Positions 15,804 to 17,836 of a stretch of DNA of 17,836 bases are shown here, one piece after another; position 1 is the stretch's first letter, and every line of letters starts with the position of its first letter. The translations under genes and the position numbers were made by a program. The DNA is taken from assembly GCA_965648915.1 (NCBI GenBank), contig CBFGIV010000047.1, forward strand, positions 1-17,836. Direction: 5' to 3'. The notes beneath the pieces are model-generated. The model had not been told where the DNA came from and did not search any database. It saw nothing but the letters and a program-made list of their open reading frames with translations. This stretch comes from a candidate division WOR-3 bacterium. GTDB taxonomy: Bacteria > Hydrothermota > Tepidihabitantia > SM23-42 > CAYGYG01.

Positions 15804-16735
15804 AAATTATGAGTGAAAAACAGATGCTTAAAGAACGAATAAAATCGGATGCAGATTTTTAATATAAATCCAAACCTTAATTTGAATATAATAAGCATCA
15901 GAAGATTCAAATTGGCGACATATTTCGTTAACTCCTCATATTGATTAAGTGCCAATCCTAATACCATATATCGTTTTAACAATACCTGAAACTTCGCAGG
16001 GGCTATTTTTCTGTAGTCATCTCCAAAATATGTAAATAATTTACTCAAATATCTATATTCGTTTAATATCGCATCCTTTTTATATAAAGACAACTCATTA
16101 CTTAATGCATCCCTTCTATTTCTCTCGCGGCCGACAATGACTTCTTTGATAACCAATTGTTTTTCAGTATATTTATAAAATCTTAAAAAATTAAGCAACT
16201 CATATGCTCTAAAATCTTCAAAAAAAGGAAATTTTTTAAGAACTGAAGTATGGATTACATGGACAAAATCGCCGCTAATTCTACCGCTTAGCCAATCTTC
16301 GTATCGAATTTTGTTGACTTTATCCAGACATAGTAGATTCTGCTCGACATAAGGTAATCTATCATCGGGAACAAACATATAATGTAAATATCCTGGATTT
16401 TTCTTTATATAATTTTTGATCGTTACAATTGCATCTGATAAAAGATAGTCATCGCTGTCTAATAGTAAAACATAACCTTTCTCAATAGATTCGACCCCCC
16501 TATTACGCGCAAAGTTTATTCCTCTATTTCTTACATACGATTTTATCTCAATGTTTTTGTATTTTTTCTTCCAGTTCAACATTATTTCTAAGGTATCATC
16601 AGTTGAGCCATCATTAACTATAATATGTTTTAAGTTATTATAATTTTGGCCAACAACGCTTTCGATGCATCTACCAATACAATCCTGCCGGTTATATACA
16701 GGAGTAATAACTGCAAATTTTAATTTACTTTTCAT
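15800..16735 (-). CDS. Glycosyltransferase family 2
   Basis: VITPVYNR, IIVNDGSTDDT, NRGINFARNRG, LLLDSDD; likely start ATG 16735 (MKSKLKF). Confidence 0.92.
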   Translation of the reverse strand: MKSKLKFAVITPVYNRQDCIGRCIESVVGQNYNNLKHIIVNDGSTDDTLEIMLNWKKKYKNIEIKSYVRNRGINFARNRGVESIEKGYVLLLDSDDYLLSDAIVTIKNYIKKNPGYLHYMFVPDDRLPYVEQNLLCLDKVNKIRYEDWLSGRISGDFVHVIHTSVLKKFPFFEDFRAYELLNFLRFYKYTEKQLVIKEVIVGRERNRRDALSNELSLYKKDAILNEYRYLSKLFTYFGDDYRKIAPAKFQVLLKRYMVLGLALNQYEELTKYVANLNLLMLIIFKLRFGFILKICIRFYSFFKHLFFTHNL

Positions 16736-17657
16736 ATAATATGATTTCTTCAATTCCATTTGTTAAATAAACCTTATCTGCCTTTGAGTCAATAATTTTT
16801 GGTGGTCCATCAAATTCAAATCTTAATTCGTAACCCTTTATATACATATCATTTAAATATTTAGTATCAATAACTATAACATCCAAATGATGCCCAATAT
16901 TTTGTACCTGATTTAACGAGAACATTACCCAGGGTGAAATGACATAACAGAAACCACGATTAAAGTAGTTATGATGTGCAGCATAAAACTGAACATTACC
17001 TTCGAGTGTGTTCGGATTAATGAAAAGAACTTTTTTCAAGATTGTCAATAATGTTCTTCTGTGATAAATACAGGCATCGATAGAAAAGTGATAGCTCCAA
17101 TATCGGTTACAAGTCTTGTCATCCAGATCCCAAGTGATTATTTCATTGTCAATTCGCCTGGCGCTTTTGGGTAAATTCCCGATATTTTCCCCCGCCCACC
17201 CGTTGAAGAAGTTGTGCTTGTGATCCTGTGATATTAAATCAAATATCTTCCCTTTTATATAAAATTCTTTATAAAAATACGAGTCATCAGTTGTGAACAT
17301 TATATATTCATCGTTACTATTTTCTAATATATCGATGATGATTGACTCAAAATTGAAAAGCTCCTTTCTTGATCTATAATATGGATATTTTAGGTAACGA
17401 TAAAAATTTCTTGGATAAATGAGCATTTTTCTAATTGAATATCTATGCAGGCCTTTCTCATTTTTTACAAAAATTATGCCTGTGTCTTTAAATTTCTCTT
17501 TTAACTTCTCATAGCCCTGGCTGAATTCTTGAGAAGTAGCACCATACACGACATAATGATGAAATGCGCCATCACATTGCACATTTTTCAGAAAGCTATT
17601 TAAGTGCGTATCTAACTGTAATGCTCTATTCAACGAAACAGTTATAACTGTTAACAT
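16725..17657 (-). CDS. Putative GT-A fold glycosyltransferase-like protein
   Basis: N-terminal beta strand + SLNRALQLD, DxD-like IMFTTDDSYF; context; likely start ATG 17657. Confidence 0.6.
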   Translation of the reverse strand: MLTVITVSLNRALQLDTHLNSFLKNVQCDGAFHHYVVYGATSQEFSQGYEKLKEKFKDTGIIFVKNEKGLHRYSIRKMLIYPRNFYRYLKYPYYRSRKELFNFESIIIDILENSNDEYIMFTTDDSYFYKEFYIKGKIFDLISQDHKHNFFNGWAGENIGNLPKSARRIDNEIITWDLDDKTCNRYWSYHFSIDACIYHRRTLLTILKKVLFINPNTLEGNVQFYAAHHNYFNRGFCYVISPWVMFSLNQVQNIGHHLDVIVIDTKYLNDMYIKGYELRFEFDGPPKIIDSKADKVYLTNGIEEIILYEK

Positions 17658-17802
17658 AGTTTTGCTTCCATTCAAACATTATAAACTTTTTTCATCCAAT
17701 CCAATGTTCTTTTAATTCCGAGGTTGTGTCCCACTTGTCGTGGAAATTCTAATGGCTATAATATACAAAAGGAGCTAAACCATGAAATATGCTGAAAAGA
17801 TG

Positions 17803-17825
17803 ACCTGTCTGCCTGACAGGCAGGT
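17803..17825. repeat. Short GC-rich REP-like palindrome
   Basis: ACCTGTCTG-CCTGA-CAGGCAGGT: 9-bp stem with one G.T pair and a 5-nt loop, in AT-rich surroundings. Confidence 0.65.
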
Positions 17826-17836
17826 AAGTTATGAGA

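Noticed and set aside
1827..15816. Remaining short plus-strand ORFs and nested minus-strand ORFs (e.g. 3247..3612, 3517..3900, 4865..5437, 5554..5931, 7860..8063, 10351..10659, 12914..13324)
   Set aside because: They overlap well-supported genes and have no recognisable motifs.

Overview
A single-direction (all minus-strand), tightly packed bacterial surface-polysaccharide locus. In transcription order it holds a GT-A-like protein, GT2, GT4, an AbiEi/AbiEii type IV toxin-antitoxin pair with its own promoter, GT4, a SAM methyltransferase, GT4, a four-helix-bundle (IVS/Avd-like) gene, a radical SAM/SPASM enzyme, GT4, a small phosphoglycosyl transferase, a Gfo/Idh/MocA oxidoreductase, an NAD-dependent epimerase, a large WcaJ-like transferase, an HddA-like kinase, a GmhA-like isomerase and a UDP-GlcNAc 2-epimerase (missed by the ORF track, runs off the left edge). 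Two unexplained layers overlay these genes. (1) Three dispersed copies of a small coiled-coil + CPS(C) peptide gene separate the cargo modules. One copy is fused to an RNA polymerase alpha-CTD-like domain through a G12 homopolymer that looks like a phase-variation switch. (2) A family of degenerate 9-bp tandem repeats occurs in both polarities: around the four-helix-bundle gene, bracketing a glycosyltransferase as inverted repeats, and as an in-frame insertion in the 2-epimerase. The large WcaJ-like protein lacks the catalytic Asp. All family calls come from motif recognition by eye; no searches were run.
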